From contig NW_024704743.1 in NCBI RefSeq assembly GCF_018977255.1, positions 9,984,001-10,048,000 on the forward strand: 64,000 nt of DNA, read 5' to 3'. How positions within the stretch are numbered: position 1 is the first letter of the stretch; each line of letters starts with the position of its first letter. Source of the DNA: Callorhinchus milii (lineage: Eukaryota). Made by a program: the position numbers and the translations under genes. The notes beneath the pieces were generated by a model. It saw nothing but the letters and a program-made list of their open reading frames with translations, made no database searches and was not told where the DNA came from. Below, piece after piece: positions 36,241 through 48,350 of the stretch.

Positions 36241-36637
36241 GAAGGTTTTGAGACAAATACCAAATCCTGCATTTTTAGCCGCAGTTTAAATGATCACAAG
36301 AACACCTGTTGAGGGAGAGACGGCTAAGCTAACAGCACATCCTCTTTTCGTGAAGAATATTTCATGAATGGGGCCCTGAAGGATGAGTTAATCCGAACAC
36401 AAAAGATATCAATTAAAACAACGTGCAGCATAAATGCTCTCCAAAGTTTCAGTGACAGGTTGACGGAACACAGTGAAGGCTATAAATCAGGCACAGATCA
36501 AATAGGGAGTCTATTAAACAACATTTAAACATAAAATTAAAGACTCTAAAAATAAAATCATCTGTCATTTCTTGACAAGCTTCAGAATTTAGTCAATTTC
36601 TCTTAGTCAATATAGTCAATTTCTCTTTACATTATAT

Positions 36638-37000
36638 TGGAATCCTGTAGCTTCTTCGAAGCGAAAGGACCTGGGTTCGATTCCCAGCAGGGAAAAACGT
36701 TGGGCAAGTTTCCTTACTCCACATGGCTCTGTTTACCTAGCAGCAACTAGGAACTCAGTAGGTAATCGATCGGTGGATCTCTTTTCCAGGGCTAATAATT
36801 CCTTCAAAATAAATTTTAAAAAATAATAATTTGGTCGCTCAATCCATGACTGTGGGACACTGCTGTGTGCAACTGGCTGCCGTGTTTTGCCCACAAAATA
36901 TACAGACCACTCAATTTACAGTATATTCTGTGAAGTGCTTTGAGACGTCTTGAAGGCGTAATAAGACTCTATAACAAATGCAAGGATTATTATTATTATT
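36638..37000 (+). mobile_element. Young SINE, long form
   Basis: ggaatcctgtagct..gacctgggttcgattccc, ctgtttacctagcagc, (ATT)n tail. Confidence 0.9.
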
Positions 37001-37747
37001 TATTGCAAATAGTGGTGAAATTGGGGTGTAATTTGTGATATTTGCAAAGAGGGTGAGAGGATCAACTGTATTTGCAATTCTCTTGTGACAATTCCCATTT
37101 TTCAGCACTCTGAGTTCGAACGTCACATTGAAGGGTGCAGTATCAATGCAAATGGTTGTTCTTGTTGTGGTTCACATTCCTGAAATCGCTAATTGTAATT
37201 TTGGAAATTTGCTAAAAGTTGGTGGAAAGAATGGAGAGGGAAATGCCAGCTCCCTGGGTAGCTATTTGGATGTCCATTTAGCTCTTTGTTGGCTTTTGGA
37301 TATTGCAATTAATGTTCATGCGAATGCTATGTATTGTTAGGAACCCCAATTATCTCTTTCCACCCCTTTGGCAAACATTGCAAATACCTGCCCTCCCCCC
37401 TTCTCCCCTCTCCTGCCCTCTTCACACCTTATTTCCTTTTCCTTTACACGGTAGTTTTCACTTTGTTAAGGAGGATTTCTCTAACGCAGGTTCACAAAAA
37501 TATACTGCAGCACATATAGCGCCTGCAGTCAAAAGCTTCTCTATGAATCAATATATCAATACCTGTGTGTAACATGTAGATACAGATACACGGAGACAGC
37601 TTGATCTGTCTGAACATTGAGTTTTCACTGCAGGTAAGTGCAGCTGTGACTCTTTCTGAATTACTGCAGGTTAGCTCTGGAATTAAACCTTTTATGTGCA
37701 GTGCTAATTTCTTTAACTTCCTTTGCACTTTTACTTTATTTCTTCAT

Positions 37748-38066
37748 GTGGAGTTCTGGAAAGTATTGGTTAGAGCACTCACCTTGCAAGCAAGTTCGAT
37801 TCTCTGGCAGGCAGGGTTGTTTGCCTAGCATTAAGTAGGAACCCGGTTGTTAGTTGATTGATAGATCTCTTTCTGGGGGTAATAATCCTTTCAAATAACT
37901 AACTAAATAAATAATGTGGTTACTCAATCCACGACTGTTTGTGGGACACTGTTGTGTGCAATTAGCTGCCACTTTCACCAACAAAATGCACAGTCAATTC
38001 ACTTTATAATATATTCTGTGAAGCACTTTGTGACATCTCAAGGTCGTGATATGGCTCTATATCAAT
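37748..38066 (+). mobile_element. Young SINE, tail interrupted by L2
   Basis: gtggagttctg..ggttagagcactcaccttgcaagc head, Deu block. Confidence 0.88.
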
Positions 38067-38590
38067 GACAAAAACAACAAAATTACATTTGTAAAGCTCT
38101 TTTCACGTTGGAAGGATGTCCAAAGGCGTTGAACAGTCGGGTATCAGGACCCAAGCGTGGTGGGGGCAGGGTTGGGATGAGGGAGAACAGAGAGGTAGGA
38201 AGGCGGCTGAAGCACGGTCGAAAAGGAGGGTCTTGAGTTGTACCTTGAAGGAGGCAAGGGAGGGAACGACGTGAAGGAACTGTGGGATGGAGTTCCAAAG
38301 TTGGGGGCAGAGAGGCTGAAAGCCCGGCCGCCGATGGTAGGGCGGGTCGGGCGGGAGACATGGAGCAGGCCGAAGTCTGCTAAATGGACGGGGTCAGCAG
38401 GTCAGAGAGGTAGGAGGGGGCAAGGCTGTGGAGGATTTTGAATTCTATCTTCTGAGGGATGGGGAGCCAGTGGAGCTGGGTGAGAGTGGGGGTGATAGGG
38501 TCACAGAGCCTGTTGTGGGAGAGGACAGGAGTTGCAGAGTTCTGGATGATCTGCAGCTTTTTAAGGGAAGAGTTAGGGAGGCCAACAAGG
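38067..38590 (-). mobile_element. L2 3' fragment
   Basis: SLLVGLPNSSLKKLQIIQNSA, PITPTLTQLHWLPIPQKIEFKIL; (AAC) tail at the left end. Confidence 0.9.
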
Positions 38591-38884
38591 AGGGATTTAT
38601 TTTTATTATTCAATTCAACAACAACAAAAACAAGATTATAATTGTATAGTGCTTTTCATGTCAGTAGGATGTCCCAATGCAAGGATTATTATTATTATTA
38701 TTATTATTCATTGTGTATTGGGGGAAACAACAACAATAACTTCCATTTGGGGGAAAGAAACATGATGTGGGAATGATTCCACCAGGGTCTAGACTGACTC
38801 CATTTATGTTGCATTTTAGCGTGTCCATAATTTGGGGAATTGTTGAATTCAGTTCAGATACCACTTTTCACTTTTCAAGGAGTA

Positions 38885-39130
38885 TGTAATGTAAAGTGCA
38901 GTGCCTGTTTATTTTGTAGGCGAACGTGACAGCCAATTTGCACACAGAATGTCTCAAAAACAATCATGAAGTGAATGACCAATTTTATTTTGGATATTGT
39001 TGACCAGGACACCAGGAGAAATTTCCTTCTCTTTTTGAATAGTGTAACGGGATCCACTTTTAACATCAACCTCAATAGGCAGACAGAACCTAAGCTTAAT
39101 ATCTCATCTGAAGGACAGCACCTCTACAAT
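38885..39130 (-). mobile_element. Deu-domain SINE fragment
   Basis: cagccaatttgcacacag, ttgaccaggacaccaggag, tctcatctgaaggacagcacct. Confidence 0.7.
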
Positions 39131-39189
39131 GAACAACACAATCTGTATGCAAGCCTTGTGTTTTCTTTCTTTCAATTTTCTTTTCTTTA

Positions 39190-39345
39190 TCCTTCTCATA
39201 TGTCTATATCTTGTGTCCATAGTGTGTGAGCTTGGTGGATTTTTCAGCAGTGGAGGGGCAACCATTGAGTCCAATACTCTTCTCACCCATGGACATTCAT
39301 TCTCCCCAGCAGGGAAATCACTGAATAGTGGTCAGAAACAGGGAC
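39190..39345 (-). mobile_element. AmnSINE2-like fragment
   Basis: gtggaggggcaacc..tctcaccc..ccagcagggaaatcactgaatagtggtcag. Confidence 0.55.
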
Positions 39346-39374
39346 TTAAATTAATATTATGCTGAATAGTTGAC

Positions 39375-39780
39375 AATGCCTGGATCAATTGGCAGCATGC
39401 TCATCTCTGAGTCAGAAGGTTGTGGGTTCAAATCACATGTCAAGGACTTTGAGCTCATTGTCTAGGTTGACACCCCACTGCAGTGCTGGATTATTCGAGG
39501 TGTCACTGCTTCGAGTTGTTAAGATCCCATCTGTCAGTTCAAATTTGCAGGGATATGGGGAAAGAACGGGGGAGATGGACTGATTGGATAACTCTTCCAA
39601 AGAGCTGACACAGGCACGATGGGCCAAATGGCCTCCTTCTGTGCTGTAATATTCTATAATTCAGGTGGACACCCAAGATCCCATTGCACTATTTGAATAA
39701 AGAAAGGAGTTTCTCCCACTGACCTGGCCAACATCCCCCAGATATAATCGATCATTCCTTTCCTGATTGTTTGGGGGCTT
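39375..39780 (+). mobile_element. Deu-domain SINE containing a CR1 3' tail (~39545-39660)
   Basis: ctctgagtcagaaggttgtgggttcaa head; insert agggatatggggaaagaacggggg...ccttctgtgctgtaatattcta; resumes tcaggtggac. Confidence 0.75.
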
Positions 39781-40769
39781 GAATTTCACCAGTTGAATTT
39801 CACTACTTGAATTTCACCAGCTAAAACTGCATAGCTTATCATTGAAAGCACTGTTTGAATGGTTGTTAATGATCCCACAGAACTATTGAAAATGAGAAAG
39901 GAATATCTCCCAGTGTTGTGGCTAATAATTTTTCCAGATTCACTTAAATGGCCCTTTGTGAAACTTTGACAAACTATATGGCTGCTGTGTTTCCCCCACA
40001 AATCATGGTCACAAAAGCTAAGATGGAGTGCTATAAAAGTGCAAGTTCTTTGTTTCTTATTATTATAATAGAAATCCATGAATATGAACTTTCCCGATCA
40101 ATCAACCACCCAGTGTTTCCCTATTATACAGAGTATGGAAGATTTGATAACTTTCACAAGTTGAGGTATTTCTGCACATGCTGCATCCTACATGGGTCAC
40201 AAACTTTGCTACATTTTGGGTAGGGGAGGTTTGTCATGGCTTGTGTTCTCTTTTGGGGAGAACTGCTCACAAAATATACAGAATTTCATTTGAGAGTATA
40301 TTCTGTGAAGCGCTTTGAGATGTCTCGACGACATGATAAGGAGTTATATAAAATGCAAGGTTATTATTATTAAAGCACAATTTCCACTTTTCTATGCGGG
40401 TGTCAGCAGAGTACTATTTTATTGTGATCAATTATTGAATGTATTCCCTTTGATAGATGCAATCCCTTGTTAGCAATGGGTTTACTGGACAAGTACAGTA
40501 CATCGCAACATTTTTAACTCCTGATGAAATGGCAGCACATCTGATAATGCATCATTTCCCCAGAACTCAAGTCACAATAATAATAATAATAATAATGTGG
40601 GACTTGGAACCACAACTTACTGACCCAGTGAAAAGAATAATAGAACTATAGACATTTTCACGTCCTCCCGACGTGAAAGGCGCTCTATAAATGGAATCTT
40701 GTTGTTGTTATTTAGGGTGCAGAAGGAAGCCACTTTACAACACCAAATGCAAGGATTATTATTAATGTA

Positions 40770-41125
40770 TTTCACCCATCGAGTCTGCATTGGCTCTCAG
40801 AGGAAGCTGCCTATCCAATTGAACTGTCCCACCCTCTCCCCATACCCGTTCAAGCCTTTTCTTACGAGTAGCTGCAAGTTGTTGTTGTACCTGTCTATTT
40901 TCCTCTTGAAATCCACAATGGACTCTGCTTCTGGCACCTTACCTGATAATGCGATTCATGTTCCAACAACTCTATGTGAAAACAAATTCTCCTTTTGCTC
41001 CTGCAGCTATCTTATATCTATATCCTCCAGTCACTGACTACCCTACCAGTGGAAATAACTTCTCCCTATTTACCCTGCTAAATCTCCTCATATAAAAATA
41101 TGTTTCTTTCAAGTCACCTCTCACC
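40770..41125 (-). mobile_element. Decayed CR1 3' end
   Basis: tctgcttctggcaccttacctgataatgcgattcatgttccaacaactct, ccagtggaaataacttctccctatttacc. Confidence 0.7.
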
Positions 41126-41447
41126 AATTGAGCTGAACTAACAAGATTCCAGTTACCTCTGCACCTCTGGGGAAACCAAGGGGTTTCAGACTTCTGAAAC
41201 CAGCAGTTGCACCTCATTTACTTTACAGGGCTGCTGACAAAGTTGGGTCTAAGATTGGCAGCACAATACAATAAGCAACAAGCTCTATTCTCCTGGGGAG
41301 GGAGGAATGTGGCGTCTCCTTGGAGCTAAACGGGCTTCAAGGTGATATGCCTAGCAGTGGAATGTCAGAATCGAGTCAAATCTCTGTGGCGGTCTTGCTT
41401 GTTTGGTTCCTGAGCCAGGTGAATCTCCAAAACTCCAGGGCATTGCT

Positions 41448-42344
41448 GATAATAATAATAATAATCCTTGCATCAAGGCTCGATTACGGAAACTCCCTCT
41501 ACATCGGCCGTCCCATCTCTTCCCTTCACAAGCTGCAGATCATCCAAAACTCTGCAGCTCCACTGGCTCCCCATCTCTCAGAGGATCGAATTCAAGATCT
41601 TGTCCTCACTTTCAAGGCCATTCATGGCCTTGACCCCTCCTACCTCTCTAACCTGCTAACTCCCTGCCAACCTGCCCGTTCCCTCCGTTCAGCGGACTCC
41701 GGCCTGCTCCATGTCTCCCGCCCGACCTGCCCTACCATCGGTGGCTGGGCCTTCAGTCTCTCTGCCCCCACATTCTGGAACTCCATCCCACGGTCTCTTC
41801 GCCTCGCTTCCTTCCTTGCCTCCATCAAGGCCGGTCTCAAGACCCTTCTGTTCGATTGTGCATTCGGTTGCCCTCCCACCTCTCTGCCTTCCCTCACCCC
41901 TAACCCACCCCTCCCCCATGCTCGGGTCCCGACCCCTGACTGTTCAGCGCTTTGAGATCTAAAATGTAATTTTGTTGTTGTTGTTGCATTTCATATAGCG
42001 TTTTATCACATCTTTGAGACGTCTCAAAGTGTTTCACAGAATATACTGTAAAGTGAATTGACTGTATATTTTGTGGTCAAAATGCTGCAGCCAATTGCAC
42101 ACAGCAGTGTCCCACAAACAGTCGTGGATTGAGTGACCAAATTATTTTAATTTATTTTAAAGGAATTATTACCCTGGAAAAGAGATCCCCCAATCGACTA
42201 ACAACAAGGTTCCTACTTGCTGCTAGGTAAACAGAGGCATGTGGAGTAAGGAAACTTTCCCAATGTTTTGTCCCATCAGGAATCAAACCCAGGTCCTATC
42301 ACTTGCGAGGCGAGTGCTCTAACCATTGAGCTACAGGACTTCAC
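41448..42344 (-). mobile_element. Young SINE, long form, interrupted in its tail by L2
   Basis: (AAT)n ccttgcat at 41448-41473; resumes ttcatatagcg at ~41990; head ends gagctacaggacttcac. Confidence 0.9.
41474..41986 (+). mobile_element. L2 3' fragment nested in SINE tail
   Basis: [35 protein letters not shown]; (GTT)n tail; ttgcat on both flanks. Confidence 0.92.
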
Positions 42345-43004
42345 GATTATGGCAGCTGTGTTAGCCTGTCTGATCGGTAGCACTTGGAAGAACAGAACAT
42401 TCACTTGGGGCAGGAACTCTTCCCACTCAGCTCCTGTTAACCCTGCAAGCCAAAGCCTTAATGGGTAGGGAGGTCCTAGATGGACAAGAAGTGGGAAAAC
42501 TTGCCTGACAGCATTTTCAATGGCAAGCAATGTGGTTTTAGCTGGTTTGACTCCAACAATACCCCAAGGCACATTCTCGGGTCCCTAAGCCTTTGCTCTG
42601 GTCAGCCTGCACCTAATTACTCTCTGGAATTTGGTAAGCAGGATGTGTTCCTCAAGGAAGAGAGTGCATATTCCATTCCAACACATGGAAATTTCCATGT
42701 GGGATGCATGGAGGTGGGATGCATTGAACTCTCATTTGGGTTTGGATCTCCAAGCACGGTGATGGATTTCCACATGTGTCAGACACCTGGCTGACCAAAA
42801 AAAAGCTAAATGATCCGTAGGGGAAATTGAAAACAATAGGACATAATTTTTAAATTAGAAGCGCAGAAAACATTTCCTCATACAATGGTTGTATAAATGT
42901 GGAATTCATTGTCCTAGAGTATTTGGGAGGTTTAAAAAGGTAGATTAAATAGCTAATGAACTGTCAGAACAGGTTTAATGACTTCCTCTTCCTGGTTTTG
43001 AAAT

Positions 43005-43275
43005 ATGGCTGACACTCCAATACAGTTTCGGGGGAGCACTACATTGTTGGAGGAGCCGTCCTTCAGATGAGATGTTAAAGCAAGGTCCTGTCTGCTCGAT
43101 CAAGTGAATTTTAAAGATCTCATAGCACTCGTCAAAAAAAGAGGTGGGAGATTTTTCCAGTGTCTTGGTCAACAATCCTTCACTTCACGGTTGTTTAAGG
43201 GACATTGTTCACCTACAAAAATACTCAGACAGTGCACTTGGCAGTAAAAATCCTGTGAAGCACTTTGAGACATTT
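43005..43275 (+). mobile_element. Deu-domain SINE
   Basis: ggctgacactccaatacag, ccgtccttcagatgagatgttaaa, cctgtgaagcactttgagac. Confidence 0.75.
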
Positions 43276-43514
43276 CAACAACAACAACAAAATTACATTT
43301 ATAGAGCGTCTTTCACATTGGGAGGACGTCCCAAAGCGCTGAACAGTCAGATGTCAGGGCCCGAGCATGGGGGAGGGGTGGTGTAGGGGTGAGGGAAGGC
43401 AGAGAAGTTGGAGGGAGACCAAAGGCATGGTCGAAGAGAAGGGTCTCGAGATCAGCCTTGAAGGATACGAGGGAGAAAGCGAGGCAAAGGGACCGTGGGA
43501 TGGAGTTCCAGAGT
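43276..43514 (-). mobile_element. L2 3' tail fragment inserted in SINE tail
   Basis: caacaacaacaaaattacatttatagagcg..gggaggacgtcccaaagcgctg..ggatggagttccagag. Confidence 0.88.
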
Positions 43515-43589
43515 CAGGATTATTATTATTATATGTTAGAAATCCACTTAATGGTGTAAAATCTTACTAACCCAACAAGAAACTCTTTT

Positions 43590-43770
43590 AACACATATGC
43601 ATATCATATTCAATTCAAAAGATTGTTTGAGGGAGACGACTATCAATAGCTTTCCGGGGAAAAAGCCTGACCACTTATTTCCTTCAGGTATAAAATGTTC
43701 AATTTAATTATAGCAACAACATCTGATAGCTCAAGCAGGGGGCTGAGAACTTCCTGAGTGTAATTTAATA
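43590..43770 (+). repeat. Degenerate relative of the right part of the 46.5-47.0 kb MITE-like element
   Basis: tatcaatagct, ttatttc..cag..aatgtt and tgagaacttcctgagtgtaattt occur colinearly with 46828-46950. Confidence 0.55.
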
Positions 43771-44394
43771 GAGGGTGAGACATTGTTTGTGTGCTATTCA
43801 TGTTTGTGTACGCGACTAAACTGGGTAGTGTCTATGCCAGGTTATATAAAGCTGAGTGCAGTCATTTCAGGATGTGGGTCACTGAGGAGATTAGCAGAGA
43901 ATTATTGAGAATTTAGAGGCTGAACTAGCAGTTACAGTATAAAGTCAAATTAGTTATTGAAGCTTGGAAGAATTATTTATGAGGAATGAATAGATAAGCT
44001 AAGGTCAGCCTTGAAAAGAGACATATCAGAAGGGACCTTAGAGAGGTATCTAATAAATTCTGAAACATTTAAATCAAATGGTCTGATCTTAACCCGTCTT
44101 GTGATTGTGAATGTAAGTCTTAGGATACACTCAAGCCTTCCATGCTGAGCTCCTGAATTAAGTCTGTTGTATTATGACTTCTTTCTCACAGGAGACAACT
44201 ATAGGCACTAAGTAAAATGCAAGTGACATTATTATTTTATTATCTTTCTCAATCTCTCTGGCTTGCCCCCTCCATCCGTTCTTTTAGATCACAGTGCCTA
44301 AATTGAGTGCAATCATGAAGTCTCTGTTTTATGGTAAACCGATGTTGGGTTTTGTTAATCCTCCTATTGGGCTCTGTGTTGATTTCTGTTTGAA

Positions 44395-44704
44395 TGGTGT
44401 CCTGTAGCTCAGTGGTTAGAGCACTCACCTCACAAGCGAGAGACCTGGGTTCGATTCCTGACAGGGTGAAACCTTGGGCAAGTTTCCTTACTCCACATGC
44501 CTGATAATAATCCCTCAAGAAAAAAATAATAATAAATTGGTCACTTCAATCAACGACTGTTTGTGGGACGCTGCTGTGCGCAATTGGCTGCCACGTTTCG
44601 CCCACAAATATACAGTCAATTCACTTTACAGTATATTCTGTGAAGCACTTTGAGTCATCTCGAAGACATGATAAGGCGCAAATGCAAGGATTATTATTAT
44701 TATT
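44395..44704 (+). mobile_element. Full-length young SINE, short form
   Basis: tcctgtagctcagtggttagagc, gttcgattcc, ctccacatgcctgataataatccc, (ATT)n. Confidence 0.93.
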
Positions 44705-45109
44705 GAATTCTGTTGAATGAACCTGTGATAAATATGACTTATGAACTAGGAAGAGTGTAAACAGTGCAACACTGTGTTTTAGTGTTCCACACATACCAAA
44801 AATGTGTTTTGGGTATATTTATTTGGAAACATAGTTATGAAAACGTTAAAGCGTTGAGGGAATTGTGTTAGTACTGCAGCACTGTGTACCTCTCGCGTGT
44901 TGTATGTAAAACTGTGAGTTTGTGCTGTAAGTGTTAATGTCTGTTCCATGATGGGTTGATATGCCAGCTCAATGCTGTGAAATTAAAGCAACAGCAGCTG
45001 ATCCGCTCTTGGCTTTGTGCTTTAGGGAGCTACTAAGGGATGGCTCTGTCCTTGACTTAGTTCTTGTCAATGACCCAGACGGCATTCAAGGAGTAGCAGT
45101 AGTTATATA

Positions 45110-46010
45110 GAGTTACCAAGAGTAATATGGCATGGAGACGGCCATTCAGCTCAACTAATCTGTGCCAGTGTTTATATTCCATAGAAGCTGCCATCCTTCT
45201 TATTCCCCTCACCTGTACCCCTCTATTCCTTCTCTCTCATGTATACATCAAGTTTCCTCAAATACATTGATGCTATTTGCTCCAACCACAGCTTCCAGCA
45301 GGGAGTTATTAAAGTTCCTCTGTGCGAAGAAGTTCATCTTAATCTCTTTATTAGTTCTAATACTGACAATCATATGCTGTGTACTTATGCCCTCTAGTTT
45401 TGAACTCACCAACATGTTGAAAAAGCCAATTAACATCCATCTTATGCAATCCTTTCATAATCTTAAATACCTCTGTCAAGTTCCCTCTCAATCATTTCAA
45501 CTCTAAAGAGAAAAGATGCAACGTCCCATCTTAATTGATAGCGTATCCACTTGTCCTTGGTAATAGGGATCCCTGGCAACTAGACATCCACTTGAGGGAG
45601 AGGGAATAGAAGGGAACACAGGAACAGGAGTAGGCCATTTGGCTCGTTAAGCCTGTTCCACCACTTTCCAAGATTGTGGCCGATCTGCATCTCAATGCAC
45701 CTCTCCACCCTCTCTCCATATCCCCTGATACCCATGTTTATCGTATTTATCTATTTGCCTTTTAAATTTTTCAATTGACTCTTCCTTCAATTGACTCTGC
45801 ACTCTGGGGAATGAATTCCACACTCCCATCGCCTGCTGCGTGAAAAATTGTTTCTTTTCTGTTTACCAGAGTAAATACTATTTAGGTTTTGTTAGGTAAG
45901 GGTATTAAGATATGGAGCAAAGGCGGGTAAATGGAGTTGAGGTACAGACCAACCATGATCAGGTGGAATGGTGGAACAGGGGCTGAATGGCCTACTCTAA
46001 TATTCCTAGA
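45110..46010. mobile_element. Cluster of CR1 3'-end fragments (two on minus, one on plus)
   Basis: ggccattcagctcaa; ggaacacaggaacaggagtaggccatt; ggtattaagatatggagcaaaggcgggtaaatggag..gctgaatggcctactc. Confidence 0.75.
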
Positions 46011-46059
46011 AGCAGAGCAGAGGAGAGCAATGTGTTGGAAGGATCAGCTATGATGCTAT

Positions 46060-46232
46060 TTTCTTGTGGTAGACATTAGGTAAGGACATGTCTGGGGTTG
46101 ATTGTGATGCTCCCTAAGGTCTAAATAGTCTGCTGATACATAACTTGGGTTGACATATGAAGAATAGTCAACAGGATGTGGTATCAGAGGTTAGTCCGCT
46201 TTTCACAGGGCTTCAATCCAACATGAGTCAGC
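46060..46232 (+). mobile_element. AmnSINE2-like 3' part
   Basis: tgtgatgctcc..aatagtctgctgataca..catatgaagaatagtca..ggtatcagagg..catgagtcagc. Confidence 0.6.
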
Positions 46233-46490
46233 GCTTTGGGACATCCTCTTGACATGAAAGGCGCTACACAAATGTAATTTGTTGTTGGTGTTGTTGTTGT
46301 TGTTGTTGTTGAGTCTGGGCTTATCAGGAGAGAAGGGGTGAAAGTTAGAGGGAGATATGAAAAAATAAAAAAATAATAATGGAGAAATCAAACAATGTGA
46401 CAAATAACATACCAGAAGATGTTGGATTTAATCACCCTGCAGATTTATTTTTAAGGGGAGTATAATCACAACTAACTAAAATATTAATAC

Positions 46491-46967
46491 AATGTTGATA
46501 AGTCATAAAAATTACACTCAGGGCTTAGCAGGGCTTCTGAACTCTCTGTGTATCTTTGTCAAAAGTTGAACAAACGTCTGTGTACCAAGTAAGAGGCCGA
46601 TGCTCCAAAGTGCAGTGAACTCCTCATAAGTCAGGATGAACACAAATGTTTCTAATAACAGGAATTGCACTGGGCAGGAATGGTCTAGCTATTCCGAGAC
46701 TCCCAAACTTGGAATAACATGGAATTTCATCCATTCTGTTTTTTGATGTGTAAGGCAATTTGGCAAGTTGGTAGCATTTGGCTTTGTAATTTCCATGTCT
46801 CAATTGCAACACACAGTAAAAGGAAAATATCAATAGCTGTTCTTGTGAAGCTGGTTAGTTATTTCTGACAGTGAAAGAATGTTGCGGAAATAATGTCCCT
46901 CAGTTCTAATAATCTTGTTAAACTATTGAGAATTCCCTGAGTGTAATTTTTATGACCTAGCAATATT
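46491..46967. mobile_element. Putative MITE / non-autonomous DNA transposon
   Basis: Perfect 22-bp inverted repeat gtcataaaaattacactcaggg (46502-46523) and ccctgagtgtaatttttatgac (46935-46956), extendable by ~11 bp with 3 mismatches; no coding capacity; no TSD identified. Confidence 0.6.
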
Positions 46968-47829
46968 TACTTGAGTATAATGTATGTGTGACATAGCGGG
47001 AGGGTAGGAGGGGTGGAGACTCATGTGGAGTATGAGGGGCAGCGCTAGATGGCCTGAATAACTTGTTTCCGTATGTTGGAACATCCTCTTGACGTGAAAG
47101 GCCCTTTACAAATGTAATGTATTGTTGTTGTGTTGTAATTTAGTGTAACTCACGTTTGAATGTCCCACTATTTTTAAGATCCTGAGATAGACAATACACT
47201 TTAATTAATATATTGAACCTGTTAAGAAATATTGGAAAATTTCTAAATGATACCTGCTGGCTGTTTGTGGGTGTAACCTTCTACCCAGACTTTGGCCCAA
47301 TGGTTGGGTCATTGAAGTTGGTTTCAAGCTTTGAGGACTGCCACTGTTGTTGTAAAAGCCATCCTTGTTGCTAAATCAGCAGGGGAATGCCATGATCCAC
47401 TGGCTTCTAGTTCAAAGAAACTGTAGTCTGGTTGAACGGCACTACTGGCCGGTTCAATGACCATTGATGCTCTTAATTTAGACCGCACGCCTATGACACT
47501 TTTACTAAAATAAATCTGCACTGTTTCGTATTGTGAAATTAAGATGCCTGTTTTTTTTAATTTTCCTCAGGGCAGAAAAACTGAACTTCAATCAATTTCT
47601 CTAACTTCTTCACCATTTTAAACAATTACGCCAAGACTTCTGTTTTTCTAAGAGAGAAACATCCTAGGTCAATCTTCTCTCAGAGCTCTGTCGCAGGTTT
47701 CGGCAGTTAAGCATGATTTAAACCTCTCTCTATGCTATCCCAACACTGGGATTCACTGGAGATGCATTTACTGACCTCGGCTGGTCAGCATATCAGATCT
47801 GCCACTGGTGAATAAGTTTACAATCATTG

Positions 47830-48125
47830 GTGGTGTTATCCTGGAGAATGCCTAGAGTTGGTAAATCAAACCACCTTAACCTCAACCTCAGAAAAGAAAT
47901 CTTTACCACAGCATTTCCATTTCTTAGACCAACTAAGCCAATAGCCTTTCTAAATGAGACAATTTAATATTGATCATGGAAATCCTGTACTGTGGACCAG
48001 CATTAACTAAGACCTGAAGTCATTTTGCATACAACCAGTGGAGGATTTTCATTACATCAGTGCAGGTTGGATTTGAACCAAGGTCCCAGGGGTGAAATAT
48101 TCTAAGCCTCTGTGTTACTCAGTAC
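47830..48125 (-). mobile_element. LF-SINE-like relic
   Basis: Reverse complement: tttcacccctgggaccttggttcaaatcc, tatgcaaaatgacttcaggtcttagt, gtctcatttagaaaggctattggcttagttgg, in the order I recall for the LF-SINE consensus. Confidence 0.6.
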
Positions 48126-48219
48126 TTCAGCATGTAATGATTTCAGCTGCCACTGACTGATAATGAGAAGCAGGAAGAACGCTTCTCCCAGGCTGACTTT
48201 CACTGATGTACACACATAT

Positions 48220-48350
48220 ACATGGAATCTTTAATGTCCATCTGAACAAGCAGACAGAATCTTGGGGTAATACCTCATCTGAAGTACGACACCACCGTCA
48301 ATGCAGCATTCCTCCAGCATTTGATGTGCCAGCCTAGACTGTGAGCACAA
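48220..48350 (-). mobile_element. Deu-domain SINE fragment
   Basis: catggaatctttaatgtccatctgaacaagcagac..cctcatctgaagtacgacacc. Confidence 0.65.

Larger units (their letters stand above)
41290..42805 (+). repeat. Element X, copy 5 (near full length), split by a SINE that is itself split by L2
   Basis: 41290-41447 aligns with 56340-56500; resumes at 42345 and ends gtcagacacctggctgacc(A)8. Confidence 0.85.

Noticed and set aside
37490..37640. Possible plus-strand exon ending cag|gtaagt
   Set aside because: Stops in the frames examined and no protein similarity; could only be non-coding
47550..47670. Strong-looking splice acceptor ttttttttaattttcctcag
   Set aside because: All three frames close within ~50 nt and no convincing donor follows
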